A DNA stretch of 63,297 nt, the filler included, from Clostridiaceae bacterium (GTDB lineage Bacteria; Bacillota; Clostridia; CAYPLH01; DUMO01): the NCBI GenBank assembly GCA_012839865.1. It is 3 parts of 3 records of this genome, joined end to end, with 100 filler letters (N's around TTAATTAATTAA, not from the genome) between each part and the next. Parts side by side here need not be neighbours in the genome. Positions count along the whole stretch, not along the records: positions 19,278 to 46,874 come from DUMO01000046.1; positions 46,975 to 63,297 come from DUMO01000048.1; 1 more part is not named here. One strand, given 5' to 3'. Below the pieces are notes generated by a model. The model was given only the letters and a program-made list of their open reading frames with translations. It made no database searches and was not told the origin of the DNA. Shown here piece by piece: positions 40,334-50,800 of this stretch; the stretch's first letter is position 1; every line of letters starts with the position of its first letter. Position numbers and translations under genes: made by a program.

Positions 40334-41542
40334 TCATGCTTTCTTTGCTGCTTTTTGTCCTGACTGTATTTTCTTTATTAACATTTTGCCGGCCAGGGAT
40401 GAAACCAGAAGTATCATCAAGGAAAATCCCAGGTACATCAATGAAGTCACAAATACTTCTTGCAGACTGAATGCGTCCATAAACCCTGATTCGTAAAATA
40501 CAGGCATTTCATTGTTAAAAACCGGATAAAAAAGTTTTAACATAATATAAGTATAGACTGCAGCAATTACTCCCTGGAGAAATTTGCCCTTTAAATACGG
40601 CCTCAAACTGATGTCAGTACTGCTTATTATTCCTGCCACCTGAGAATGGACTGACAGGCCGGCCCATCCCAAAATAAAAGCTGCCGCAGTTGCCCTCTGG
40701 ATCAAACCTGAACCTGAACTTCCAGCCAAGCTGGTTCCGGCGGTTATTTCAAAAAAACCGTTGAGAATCGATTCAATAATACTCTTATCAATACCATAGC
40801 AATTCAACAACCTGTAAAAAATCCAGGTAAGACCTGATATTATTCCAGTCTCGTTCAACAGGCAAATCAGCACTGAGAAAAAAATAATATACCCGCCTAT
40901 CTGCAATAAAGTCGTTACTGCATTTTTCACAGCTTCCCCAAGTATTTTGCCAAAGTTTTCCGTACCCGGCTTCTTAGCATTCCATTGTTTTACTTTATTC
41001 ATTACACTGCCATTGTTTTTTTTCTCGCCTTTGTAATGTTTAAATATCATACCCACCGTAATGCCAGCCAAAATATGGGACGCAAGAAGCAAGAATCCAA
41101 GCTTATGGTTCCTGAACATGCCAACAGCAACCGCTCCAATGATAAACAAAGGACCTGAATTGTTTGTAAAAGTCAAAAGTCTTTCCGCTTCCTCTTTTGA
41201 TATATAATTTTCTTCCCTCAATTCTGCAGTCAGCTTGGCACCGACAGGATAACCGCTGGTTATTCCCATGGCAAGAGGGAAAGATCCACATCCCGGAACG
41301 TTGAAAAAAGGCCTCATAACCGGTTCCAGGAGTTTGCCGAGTTTTTTGATAATACCGCTTTTGCTTAAGAGACTTGAAGCAACTAAAAAGGGAAATAACG
41401 ACGGGAAAACAATATTAAGCCATAATCTGATTCCATTATTGGCCGCCTCAATTGTTTTCCCGGAAAATATTACAAGGCATGCGATGAAGATAAGAAGCAA
41501 CATTACCAATAGAACCTTTTTTACCTTAAACATTCTTATCAT
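40334..41542 (-). CDS. ylbJ: Sporulation integral membrane protein YlbJ
   Basis: VFPSLFPF, SGYPVGAK, NNSGPLFIIGAV, GLSVHSQV; located next to coaD as expected. Confidence 0.9.
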   Translation of the reverse strand: MIRMFKVKKVLLVMLLLIFIACLVIFSGKTIEAANNGIRLWLNIVFPSLFPFLVASSLLSKSGIIKKLGKLLEPVMRPFFNVPGCGSFPLAMGITSGYPVGAKLTAELREENYISKEEAERLLTFTNNSGPLFIIGAVAVGMFRNHKLGFLLLASHILAGITVGMIFKHYKGEKKNNGSVMNKVKQWNAKKPGTENFGKILGEAVKNAVTTLLQIGGYIIFFSVLICLLNETGIISGLTWIFYRLLNCYGIDKSIIESILNGFFEITAGTSLAGSSGSGLIQRATAAAFILGWAGLSVHSQVAGIISSTDISLRPYLKGKFLQGVIAAVYTYIMLKLFYPVFNNEMPVFYESGFMDAFSLQEVFVTSLMYLGFSLMILLVSSLAGKMLIKKIQSGQKAAKKA

Positions 41543-41635
41543 AAACAAACCATAACCCCCCTGACTGCAGAAGAAAATCCTTCACAAAAAAGATATTTGA
41601 AATGATAGAAAATTATGAAAGGAAAAAACGCAAAA

Positions 41636-41660
41636 AAAAAGAGGCAATAAGCCTCTTTTT
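41636..41660. terminator. Bidirectional terminator-like hairpin
   Basis: AAAAAGAGGC-AATAA-GCCTCTTTTT. Confidence 0.55.
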
Positions 41661-41892
41661 CAGTCAAGCATCAATATACCTTGAAAAAAGTCGGACAAAG
41701 CTGCCATTAGGTTATGTCTTTGAAGTTAAACATTATTATACCCTAAAGCAGGGTAAAGTTGTCCCCGAGCTTCTATTTTAAGAAAATTGGCATTATCAAA
41801 ACCAAAAAGCAAGAAGGCAAAGCCGCTCCAAACTTTTGTTACAGGAAATTCAGCTTTTTTACCCAAATTCAGAGCAAAGCTGTCCCCGGGCT

Positions 41893-42159
41893 CTACTCAC
41901 CTGCCCGAACAGTCGCTCTCTTAAACAATCCCAGAAGAAAAACAAATATTGCAGCTCCAAGAATTGCGGGAATTAAAGCAATACCTCCAACAGTTGGTCC
42001 GATATTATTAAAAAATGGTATATATGCACCTATCCAAGATCCAATAAGGCCTGCCAGCATTGCGCCCCAGAATCCGCCCGGCATATCATTTTTAACAATC
42101 GCATCGCCTATCCAGCCCACAAAGGCGGCCACCAGCAGCGTTAGAATGAATCCTAACAA
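41893..42159 (-). CDS. GlsB/YeaQ/YmgE-family small membrane protein
   Basis: VGWIGDAI, GLIGSWIG and LIPAILGAAIFVFL motifs; start uncertain (TTG 42159 or GTG 42168). Confidence 0.8.
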   Translation of the reverse strand: MLGFILTLLVAAFVGWIGDAIVKNDMPGGFWGAMLAGLIGSWIGAYIPFFNNIGPTVGGIALIPAILGAAIFVFLLGLFKRATVRAGE

Positions 42160-42409
42160 ATTATTCACAACCTCCTTCCAAACCTGCAAATTAAATTTGC
42201 GGAATTTTGCAAATAAAAGCATAAACGCTTTCACATATTATTATTTCATTTTTAATATGTTTTACGCTTAAATTTATTGCATTATATTTACTACTGATTG
42301 AATATTTTCCCAGCTAAGCGGGATGACATGTTTGTTTGCAAAATATCGAATTAAAAGTGTTGAAAAGCAATACTGCAATAAATATACGGAAGCTAATTCC
42401 GGAATATTA

Positions 42410-44095
42410 TTACATAATTTTTATTGGATTTGAAAGAACCACACAATTACGTCCAGTTGATTTTGCTATATATAACGCATAATCAGCGCTTTTAATAAGA
42501 TCGATTTCAGAAGATGCGCACTCCGGGAAAGATGCTACTCCAAAGCTTGCAGTGATAAAAGCACATATGGAGTCTTCGGATATTTCATGCCGGTTTATTG
42601 CAAGCCTTAACTCCTCGATTTTTTCATATGCTTCCTTCAAGCTTGTCCTTGGCAGACAAATAACAAACTCTTCCCCTCCATATCTTGCAATCAAATCTCC
42701 TTTTCTCAAATATTTCTTAACAAGATTTGCAATTTCAGCTATAACCTTGTCACCAAACAAATGGCCGTATGTATCATTGAATTTTTTAAATGAATCTATG
42801 TCAAAAATGCATAGGGAGAGGTTGTAATTATTTTTCCGGGCATCTTCCACCGCAGTTTTTATGTATTCCCTGAAATAAAGCCTGTTATAGACACCTGTAA
42901 GGCAATCCCTCATTGCCAGTTCTTTCATTTCGGAATAAAGTTCCGCATTTTCAAGGGCTATACCGATCTGTTGGCTTACCATGTCCAGAAAATTTACTGA
43001 TTCTTCTACAAATGCATCTTCAACTTTCTTTTCAATGATAACCACACCCATTTTTTTCGACTTTGAAACAATTGGTACAATAGCCAGGGATTTAATTGAT
43101 CTTTGATAAATAAAATTATACCTGGAATCAGCCACATGGCTGTCCATGTACGTTTTTTTGCTGTTGAGGGTTTCCAATACAATACCTGAATTTAAATTGT
43201 CCTGCATTGTGACAAGCTCATCATCATCCTGTAAATTGGTGGTATGTACTTTCAATCTTCCGGAAGATTTATCAACCAGTGCAATGGTTGAATAGTCAAC
43301 CCCCATTACGCCGATAATTGCGTCATTTACCATGTAAAGCAACTGATCTATATCAAAAACCGTGCTTATGGCCTGGCTCATCCTTTGTAAAGTATACAAC
43401 TGCGCAACACTTCTTGCCAGATTTTCATTTGAAACCTCCAACTTTGCATTTACTTCCTTGAGCCTTTCATAATGAGTACTTACCTCATTTTGAGTAAATT
43501 CAAGCTGTTTGTACTTTTCCTTTAAATGTTCATGAAGGTCCGCAATCACGTTAAAATTCCTCATGTTGTCGTTATGTATCATTCCGCATAAAATAGCGAA
43601 CACGGCAGGTATGCAATAGAAGAATAAGAAAAATACGGTATCAGCCAAAAATGTCCTGCTGTAGCTTGCAAATTCAGGGTTATAATTGACAGCCAGATAA
43701 AATGCAATACTATGGAATACATATGTAAAACAAGTGAGTTTTATACTTTCCCTGGTCCCTCTGAGAAGAGCTGTGGTTACTATCGGTAAAAATAGCAGCA
43801 TATTTGCCCATTGGAACGCATCCTTCAGGGTGAACATGCAGACCAGGATAAATAATATCTCTATTCCTCTGAAAACAACAAACAGAGACGAGTGCTTTGT
43901 CAGCAAACCTTTTCTGACAATAAGAAATTTTATTATGTTGAAAATATTAAAAACTGCAAGAAATATTAGAGTATAAATCAAGTAGTAGGACGTACCCAGC
44001 AGTATCCCGTAAATTGCAGCTCCCACAAATGCAACCAAACTAAAAACACTTAGCAATCTCAAATACATCAATTCATACTTTTCTAAATTGCTCAT
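42410..44095 (-). CDS. Membrane diguanylate cyclase (TM region + coiled coil + GAF + GGDEF)
   Basis: DCLTGVYNR, DIDSFKKFNDTYGH, RKGD I-site, RYGGEEF active site. Confidence 0.9.
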   Translation of the reverse strand: MSNLEKYELMYLRLLSVFSLVAFVGAAIYGILLGTSYYLIYTLIFLAVFNIFNIIKFLIVRKGLLTKHSSLFVVFRGIEILFILVCMFTLKDAFQWANMLLFLPIVTTALLRGTRESIKLTCFTYVFHSIAFYLAVNYNPEFASYSRTFLADTVFFLFFYCIPAVFAILCGMIHNDNMRNFNVIADLHEHLKEKYKQLEFTQNEVSTHYERLKEVNAKLEVSNENLARSVAQLYTLQRMSQAISTVFDIDQLLYMVNDAIIGVMGVDYSTIALVDKSSGRLKVHTTNLQDDDELVTMQDNLNSGIVLETLNSKKTYMDSHVADSRYNFIYQRSIKSLAIVPIVSKSKKMGVVIIEKKVEDAFVEESVNFLDMVSQQIGIALENAELYSEMKELAMRDCLTGVYNRLYFREYIKTAVEDARKNNYNLSLCIFDIDSFKKFNDTYGHLFGDKVIAEIANLVKKYLRKGDLIARYGGEEFVICLPRTSLKEAYEKIEELRLAINRHEISEDSICAFITASFGVASFPECASSEIDLIKSADYALYIAKSTGRNCVVLSNPIKIM

Positions 44096-44226
44096 AAGAA
44101 CCCATCCTGAATCATTATTGTACTTAAAAGTGCTTAAAACTCAATTATTTCTCTCTAAAGCAAAGCATGACTAACACCTTTTTTTCATACAATAACATTG
44201 CATCTTCAAGCTGACAGGTGAAAAAT

Positions 44227-44862
44227 TCAACTGCTTGCAGCACCCGCATCACACCAGGCTCTTATACCACATTTTTGGCATTCCGGTTTTCTTGCTTTAC
44301 AAACAGCCCTTCCATGTAGAACCAGTTGATGGCAAAATCTTGTGCGATACCTGGAAGGTATGATTTTTATCAAGTCCTGTTCAACCTTTGAAGGATCCTC
44401 ACTTTTTGTAAACCCGATTCTTCTTGCCAGTCTGCCACAATGAGTATCAACAACGATTGAAGGAATACCATAAACATCACCCAGAATAAGGTTTGCAGTC
44501 TTTCTTCCGACTCCAGGCAGCTTTAATAAATCCTCCATGTTGTCCGGAACTCTGCCATTAAATTTTTCAACAATCATCTTGCAGCATGCAATGATATTTG
44601 CCGCTTTGTTTCTAAAAAAACCTGTAGGCTTAATAATACTTTTAAGCTCCTCCAAATCCGCATTTGCAAAGTCACAGGCATCTTTGTATTTTTTGAACAA
44701 ACCTGGGGTAATAGTGTTTACACGTTCATCTGTACATTGAGCTGCAAGCATTGTTGAGATTAATAACTGCAATGGGTCCTCATATGTTAAAGTGCAACCA
44801 GCATCAGGATATAGTTTGTCCAGTGTATTTATAATTTTAGCAACTCTTTCTTCATTACTCAT
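44227..44862 (-). CDS. nth: Endonuclease III
   Basis: LAAQCTDERVN, HhH motif LPGVGRKTAN, VDTH, C-terminal Cx6Cx2Cx5C 4Fe-4S motif. Confidence 0.95.
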   Translation of the reverse strand: MSNEERVAKIINTLDKLYPDAGCTLTYEDPLQLLISTMLAAQCTDERVNTITPGLFKKYKDACDFANADLEELKSIIKPTGFFRNKAANIIACCKMIVEKFNGRVPDNMEDLLKLPGVGRKTANLILGDVYGIPSIVVDTHCGRLARRIGFTKSEDPSKVEQDLIKIIPSRYRTRFCHQLVLHGRAVCKARKPECQKCGIRAWCDAGAASS

Positions 44863-45012
44863 AAACACCTTCACCTTCATTCATTATAGCAGAATTTTTA
44901 CGAAAATCTATATTAAAAAATAGTGACAGGTTTGGAATTTTGAAAAATTTTGTTGAATTCATTGGCTTTAAGCAGATGTTAAAAAATAACAATCGATTAT
45001 TTTTTACTTTTC

Positions 45013-46485
45013 CTATTTCCCACCGCCATTATTAATGGCTTTATTATATAGCTTCAAGTACTTCAGGGCAGGATTTTTCCATGAAAAATCCTGCCCGATG
45101 GCTCTTTTTACAAGGTTCCTCCACACATCATTCTGTTCCTTGCAAAGTTTTATTGCCCTGTTTACAGCATTCAGCATTTCCTGTGGGTCAAAATCATCAA
45201 ATACAAATCCATTACCATTTTCAGGATCTTTATTAAAATCAATTATAGTCTCGGCCAGACCTCCGGTATTCCTTACAACCGGAATGGTTCCATATCTTAG
45301 GCTGATTATCTGGCTTAACCCGCATGGTTCAAAACGTGATGGCATGAGAAAAATATCACTTCCCGCATATATACGCTGCGCCAGTTTTTCGTTAAAACCA
45401 ATGTATACCCCAACTTGATCAGGATATCTTTTTTTAATGTCTTCAAAGGCATTTTCATAATAAGGGTCTCCTATTCCCAAGAGGACGAACTGAACATCCA
45501 ATTTCAAAATGTCATCAATTGTGTCAAATATAAGTTCAAGCCCCTTTTGGCCAGTCAGCCTGGAAACCAACCCCAGCAAAGGCACATCAATCTCCGGAAG
45601 TCCCATTTCCCTTTGCAAGACTGATTTATTTCCGTACTTTTGCAAATAATTTTCCTCGCTGTAATTAACTTCAATTGCACTATCCCTTGCAGGATTGAAC
45701 CGAGCATAGGATATACCGTTAACAATACCGAACAGGTCGGAAGAACGTTTGCGTAGCAGCCCGTCCAGTCCTGCTCCAAACTCCGGGGTTTTTATTTCCC
45801 CGGCATAATGCTCGCTCACTGTATTTATTACATCGCAATAGACAATACCAGCTTTTGCAAAATTGAAACTGCCGTAATACTCCACCTTTTCAGGCGTAAA
45901 TACATTTTCCGGCACGTCAAAAAAGTTTAAAATTTCCCTTGGGAAACACCCCTGATACTCCAAGTTGTGAATTGTAAATACTGTTCCGGTTTTTTCATAA
46001 ATCCTTCCATACTCGTCATTTTCCTTGAGCAGCATGCCTACAGGACCCGTGTGCCAGTCATTTAAATGAATAATATCAGGCATAAACCCTATCGCAGGCA
46101 GCATAGATACTACTGCATTACAAAAAAAAGCAAACCTTTCACCATCGTCAAAATGCCCGTATATCCCGTTCCGGTCAAAGTAATGGTAATTATCGATAAA
46201 ATATATTGGCAGTTCATAATCTTTCCCATCAGTGTTGAAATTCATGAAATCAGATCTGACAATGCAGGTTTCCTTCCTTGGCCCCATTTGTACAGGAAAA
46301 TCAGCAATATACTTCTTGTTTTCCTTTACTTCTTTATATCCCGGCATGACAATCCTGATATCATTACCCATGGCCTTCAACTGCTGGGGCAATGATCCCG
46401 CAACATCTGCCAATCCCCCCGTCTTGGCATAAGGTGATACTTCTGCGGATACAAATAGAATTTTCAGCCCGTTGTTTTTCTGCAT
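45013..46485 (-). CDS. glgA: Glycogen synthase
   Basis: KTGGLADVAGSLP, HLNDWHT, TIHNLEYQG, SRLTGQKG, PSRFEPCGL. Confidence 0.95.
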   Translation of the reverse strand: MQKNNGLKILFVSAEVSPYAKTGGLADVAGSLPQQLKAMGNDIRIVMPGYKEVKENKKYIADFPVQMGPRKETCIVRSDFMNFNTDGKDYELPIYFIDNYHYFDRNGIYGHFDDGERFAFFCNAVVSMLPAIGFMPDIIHLNDWHTGPVGMLLKENDEYGRIYEKTGTVFTIHNLEYQGCFPREILNFFDVPENVFTPEKVEYYGSFNFAKAGIVYCDVINTVSEHYAGEIKTPEFGAGLDGLLRKRSSDLFGIVNGISYARFNPARDSAIEVNYSEENYLQKYGNKSVLQREMGLPEIDVPLLGLVSRLTGQKGLELIFDTIDDILKLDVQFVLLGIGDPYYENAFEDIKKRYPDQVGVYIGFNEKLAQRIYAGSDIFLMPSRFEPCGLSQIISLRYGTIPVVRNTGGLAETIIDFNKDPENGNGFVFDDFDPQEMLNAVNRAIKLCKEQNDVWRNLVKRAIGQDFSWKNPALKYLKLYNKAINNGGGK

Positions 46486-46749
46486 CGATAAAAAACCTCC
46501 GTATTATATTGTTGTCATTCTATTTACTGTATGTCTAATAAATTCCATTCAGAGACAAAAATATTACCCGCACACAGGGGTAATAATTTTAAAGTTTATT
46601 ATTTCATGCATAACTAAAATAGCATATCATTCAGCCTGTTTTCAATGGAAATAAAAGCCCTGACGATTATAGCACAGCAGCAACGGCAATCAGAAAAGTG
46701 CTTGTGACAAATGACGTGCGGGTAGATTAAAAAAACACAATGTGTACAG

Positions 46750-46874
46750 GTGAACTACATCGCCATTGAAATGGCGAGCTTCGAGCTCTCAACGAAACAA
46801 TGACTGTTCCATCGGTACGCTTCCGGGGTGTCCAAACCCTCTACTGCTGGAATGGTTTTGTGGCCATTCCTACA
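46750..46874 (-). mobile_element. tnpB: IS200/IS605-family right end with tnpB 3' end (omega-RNA region)
   Basis: 40 open codons from the contig end (...GLDTPEAYRWNSHCF...) to TAG at 46757-46755; subterminal hairpin TCGCCAT/ATGGCGA; ends GTAGTTCAC. Confidence 0.7.
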
Positions 46875-46974
46875 NNNNNNNNNNNNNNNNNNNNNNNNNN
46901 NNNNNNNNNNNNNNNNNNTTAATTAATTAANNNNNNNNNNNNNNNNNNNNNNNNNNNNNNNNNNNNNNNNNNNN
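46875..46974. other. Artificial contig-joining spacer (N44-TTAATTAATTAA-N44)
   Basis: Same linker as 19178-19277. Confidence 0.97.
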
Positions 46975-46976
46975 AC

Positions 46977-47222
46977 GCCAAAAATGGAATTCCCATAATG
47001 GAAGGTATGCCTGAAATCAAAATTGGCGAAACGTATTTGTTTGTATTGTATCAATACAAGGATACTATGCCGACATTGGTAAACGTGGGACAAGGTGTTT
47101 ACGAGCTCCATGACCCTCTTGCAAAAGACCAATATTCCTTTGTTTCACCTAAAGACATTATATCTTATTTCGGCAAAGACAAATGGGAAGAGTTTAAAGA
47201 AAAAGGCATGGTTTCCGAATGA
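46977..47222 (+). CDS. C-terminal part of a hypothetical protein cut by the gap
   Basis: Frame is open from the contig start; protein-like composition (IKIGETYLFVL...VGQGVY). Confidence 0.45.
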   Translation, partial: AKNGIPIMEGMPEIKIGETYLFVLYQYKDTMPTLVNVGQGVYELHDPLAKDQYSFVSPKDIISYFGKDKWEEFKEKGMVSE

Positions 47223-47397
47223 AAGTAAATTGAATACCTCTTCAGCATGCATAGCTTATTCAAGGGCGGGGCGGCATTTTAGTGACAGTTCCCGCGGTTG
47301 GCGGATCGCCAGTCATAGCAATCGCCGAAAGCGTTGGGCATGAGGGTGGGCATAAGCACGTTAAAATTAAACCGCTAAGAGTTTGAGGTGTGCGAAA

Positions 47398-47895
47398 TTG
47401 AAAAATAGGGTGAAAAATATACTCAACTACAAGAAACCGGCGTTCTGGATAGTGTGCGCGGCGGTGATTATTGCGGCCGCCGGGGCCGTTTTGCTGACTG
47501 CAAACCCGGCCTAGACCCTTGAGCTTCCGGGCACGGCGTCGGTTTTTACCGTGGAAATGGAACAGTTCAACGATAGGTTAAGCATCGGTCGCGTGGTTAT
47601 AACCGACGCTGAGCAAATTGAAACAATTCTTTCGGCCATGGCCGGCGCGAAAAAAACGCTGGGGCGTTCCGTCAACGACTATCCAACGCAGGAAAAGTAT
47701 CTTGTTGTAAGGCTTATTATGGAAAATGAGATGAGAACGCTGTGCCTGTATTCGGAAGGCGGCGGCGAGTACATTGAGGAGCCATATATTGGGATCTATA
47801 AAACCCGCGGGAATTTAGGCGAAGTATTATATCGGGTATATACGGATAACATGGATAGAACCAGCGGCAGCGCGATTCCGGGGAGAATTTGTTGA
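47398..47895 (+). pseudogene. BlaR1/M56-associated C-terminal fragment with an in-frame TAG
   Basis: LKNRVKNILNYKKPAFWIVCAAVII..LLTANP is the segment that follows the M56 domain in clostridial proteins; TAG at 47512-47514, then in frame with ORF 47551-47895. Confidence 0.6.
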
Positions 47896-50800
47896 AAAGG
47901 AAGACCCAAATTCAAATTCCAATGACAAAAGTTATATAGCAACATCCATTAAGACTACTGACAGCAGCGGGAACAGCACAGTGAACAACACTGTAACAAT
48001 AAACAACTGTATTGATTTTGAAGATGGCACACTCTCTGTTTATTACCACTATGAAAACGGAGTACCAAATTCCGTTTATGTTGATTTTGACGGGAGCCTG
48101 TATACATCAATTGAGAGAACAAGCATATGGAAAGGCAAAGCAGCTCTTACCGAAATCAAAAACGGTTCCGAGTACGGTTTGGTCCCATATAATAACGGCG
48201 GAAACAAGATGAGCGGCTTTAACGAAAATACTATAACGTTGATTTGGCCAAATGCTTACGGTCTGGGACAGACACTGGCAGGCATGGTATTCAAGATGAC
48301 ATATGGCAGTCTTGGAATTATGTATGACACAACAGACACAAGTATTGTACAGCTGACCGATTCAACTTCTGTATTGGGCTATGTACTGTCCTTTTCAGCA
48401 GCACTGGATCTTGGCTTTCTAATTCCCAAGTCCAAGAAAGCGAAAGAAGAGGATGAAAAGAACTCCCTTGATGCCGGTACGGAGCTTTACTGGCTCGCAA
48501 AGGACCCCGAAGGTGAATTGAGGAGTCTGTGGAATCACTATTTTGAGCAAACCAAAAAAAAGGAAACCCAGACCGGAAAGGAATATACCAAAGGAAAGGC
48601 AAGTGTTTTGGTTGATGATGTTCTTTTTGGCTGCGGAAAAGGCTTTATGGGAGTAAATTTTACAGTGGATGTGGCATTGCCGGCGTATGTGGATTCAATG
48701 CCGTCATTAACAGGTAAATTGATGATAAATACAATAAACAACTGGTCTTTCGGGGTAAAAGGCAAGTGTCAGTTTACAAAAATCATATTAGAAGCGGAAT
48801 TATTGGTGAAGAGCTATAAAAATATTCCCATTCCAGATAAACTGTATTTTTATGTGGAAGGTTTTGAACCGGGTATAAATATTGATGGATTTGGCGTTAT
48901 ATGGATAACAGGCGGCGGAGGTGGTTTTGACAAGTTGTATGATACCATCTTTGCATCCAATGGAATACCGCCTCTGAAACTGATGCTCTCGGTAGCCTTT
49001 GATGTGTTTAAGGTATTATCCGCCCGTGCAGACTTGTCACTGAGCCTTCGTGGTATAGGGTTAAATGTTGAAGGCGTTAAGGTAAAAGGAATAGATATTG
49101 AAATAATCAAGAAGATGCAGCTCACCTTTGACTGGTACCCGGATATTTATTTCATGGCAGCAGTAAGTGCTACATATTATGCTATCCTTGAAGGGCAGGG
49201 ATACATTGTCATAATTGACAATGAGAAATACAAAGGCTTCTTTGAAGGCTTCCTGAGAGGCAAAATCAAGATACCCAGTGCAATCCCTATTATTGGAGGC
49301 TTGGAACTGGCAGGTATTGATTTAGGACTTAATAATCAAAAAATTTGGGGTTCAGCGACAGCATTAGGTGCCGTAAACTTCTCTGTAGTGTATTATTGGG
49401 GCGCTGATATTGACATTTCACTTAAAAAGAACGAAAACGCCCAGCCCACATTCCCTGAATTATTAAGCCAGGGAGGAATTCCGGTTTATTATGACGCTGA
49501 AACGGACAGAACAATGTATATGAGTATAGGCAATAATATCACTGTAGCCGCCATGCCTGAGATTACCGATAATATTGCGAATACACCAAGGCTTATGGCA
49601 AGCATGCCCCAGGTATACTCAGATTCAGCAAAAGAAAGACATATTGTCAATGCCGGTTCATACAGCGGAGTTAAATATGCATATACAATAACTTTTGATG
49701 CCCAAAGCCTGGAAGAAGCCAGGACCATTGCAGCAGGATTTTCAATCACAGATGATTCCGGCGATCCTTTTGACCTGGATTATTATTCTGTTTCTGCAAA
49801 CAACCTGAACACAGCAAACGCTAATGTAACCTTTGATGAAGAAGCAGGAAAAGGTACGTTGGGAATAGTGCTGAGCAAAAGCGATCATTATGATAAAAAT
49901 TGGAATATTGATACAACCGGGGTACCTGCGGACATTGTTCTATTCGAAATGGGAGAGCTGCCTAAGGTCACAACCATCAGCCACACTTTAACCGGCAATG
50001 GAATTGATGTATCCTGGGACGGTACACAGCTTGACATGCTGGATAGCCTGAGCTTTTACCTGACAAAGGATCCTGAGGGCAATGAATCAGGAGAATTGAT
50101 TGCTTCCTTTACCGAAAGTAATGATTTGGCAAGTAAAAACAAGACGCTGACTATTCCCGGAAGTCTGGCAAGCGGCAATTATTATTTGCGGGCTGTCTAC
50201 TCTCAGGAAAATGCAGTTAACGGCGTTATCATTTCCGACATCCCCATATCGTATACAAACAACAATCAGCCGTCCGATCCCTCCGGTGTAATCATTACAA
50301 ACGCAGGGGACCTGTCTTTCAATGTCAATATTGAAGGTGACACGAATGCAGACGGGTATCTGGTCAGTGTCTATGAGATTGTTGCAGGCAACCTGGTGGA
50401 AACGGATATTACACACATGGCCTTTGACAAAGAGGAAGGTGTGCTGCCGCAAATTTTAGTTGGCGGATCTTATCAGGGCTTTGATATGGATAATAACCCA
50501 AAAACTTATGGCTTGCTTGCGGGTAAAAACTACCGGGTGGGTGTTAAATCTTACAAATATGTTGATGAGGATGACGATGGATTAACTGAATATGTAATAT
50601 ACGGTAATGAAGTATTGTCCAATGTGGAAAATCTAAAGGCTGTGACACCTCCCGACATACGCATTACAGAGAAGACCCCCTTTAAATTGATAGATGAAAA
50701 GCAGTGGGGACTGGACCAAAACGGGAATCCGGCAGAGATAAATGTGGATGTTGAGACCTTCAATGTTCCGGATGTCGAGTATCTGGTAGAATCGCCTGAT

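Noticed and set aside
41755..41895. Imperfect repeat AAAG(T)TTGTCCCCGAGC / AAAGCTGTCCCCGGGC downstream of the glsB-like gene
   Set aside because: Short, degenerate and only two copies; could be chance.
41759..42271. 170-aa plus-strand ORF, and many similar 60-250 aa ORFs antisense to long genes
   Set aside because: These are shadow frames of well-supported genes on the opposite strand, with no motifs or RBS.
19278..46874. Middle contig as a circular plasmid, because tnpB pieces could join end to end
   Set aside because: It carries rpmB, recG, coaD and nth and no replication gene; two chromosomal IS copies explain the pattern better.
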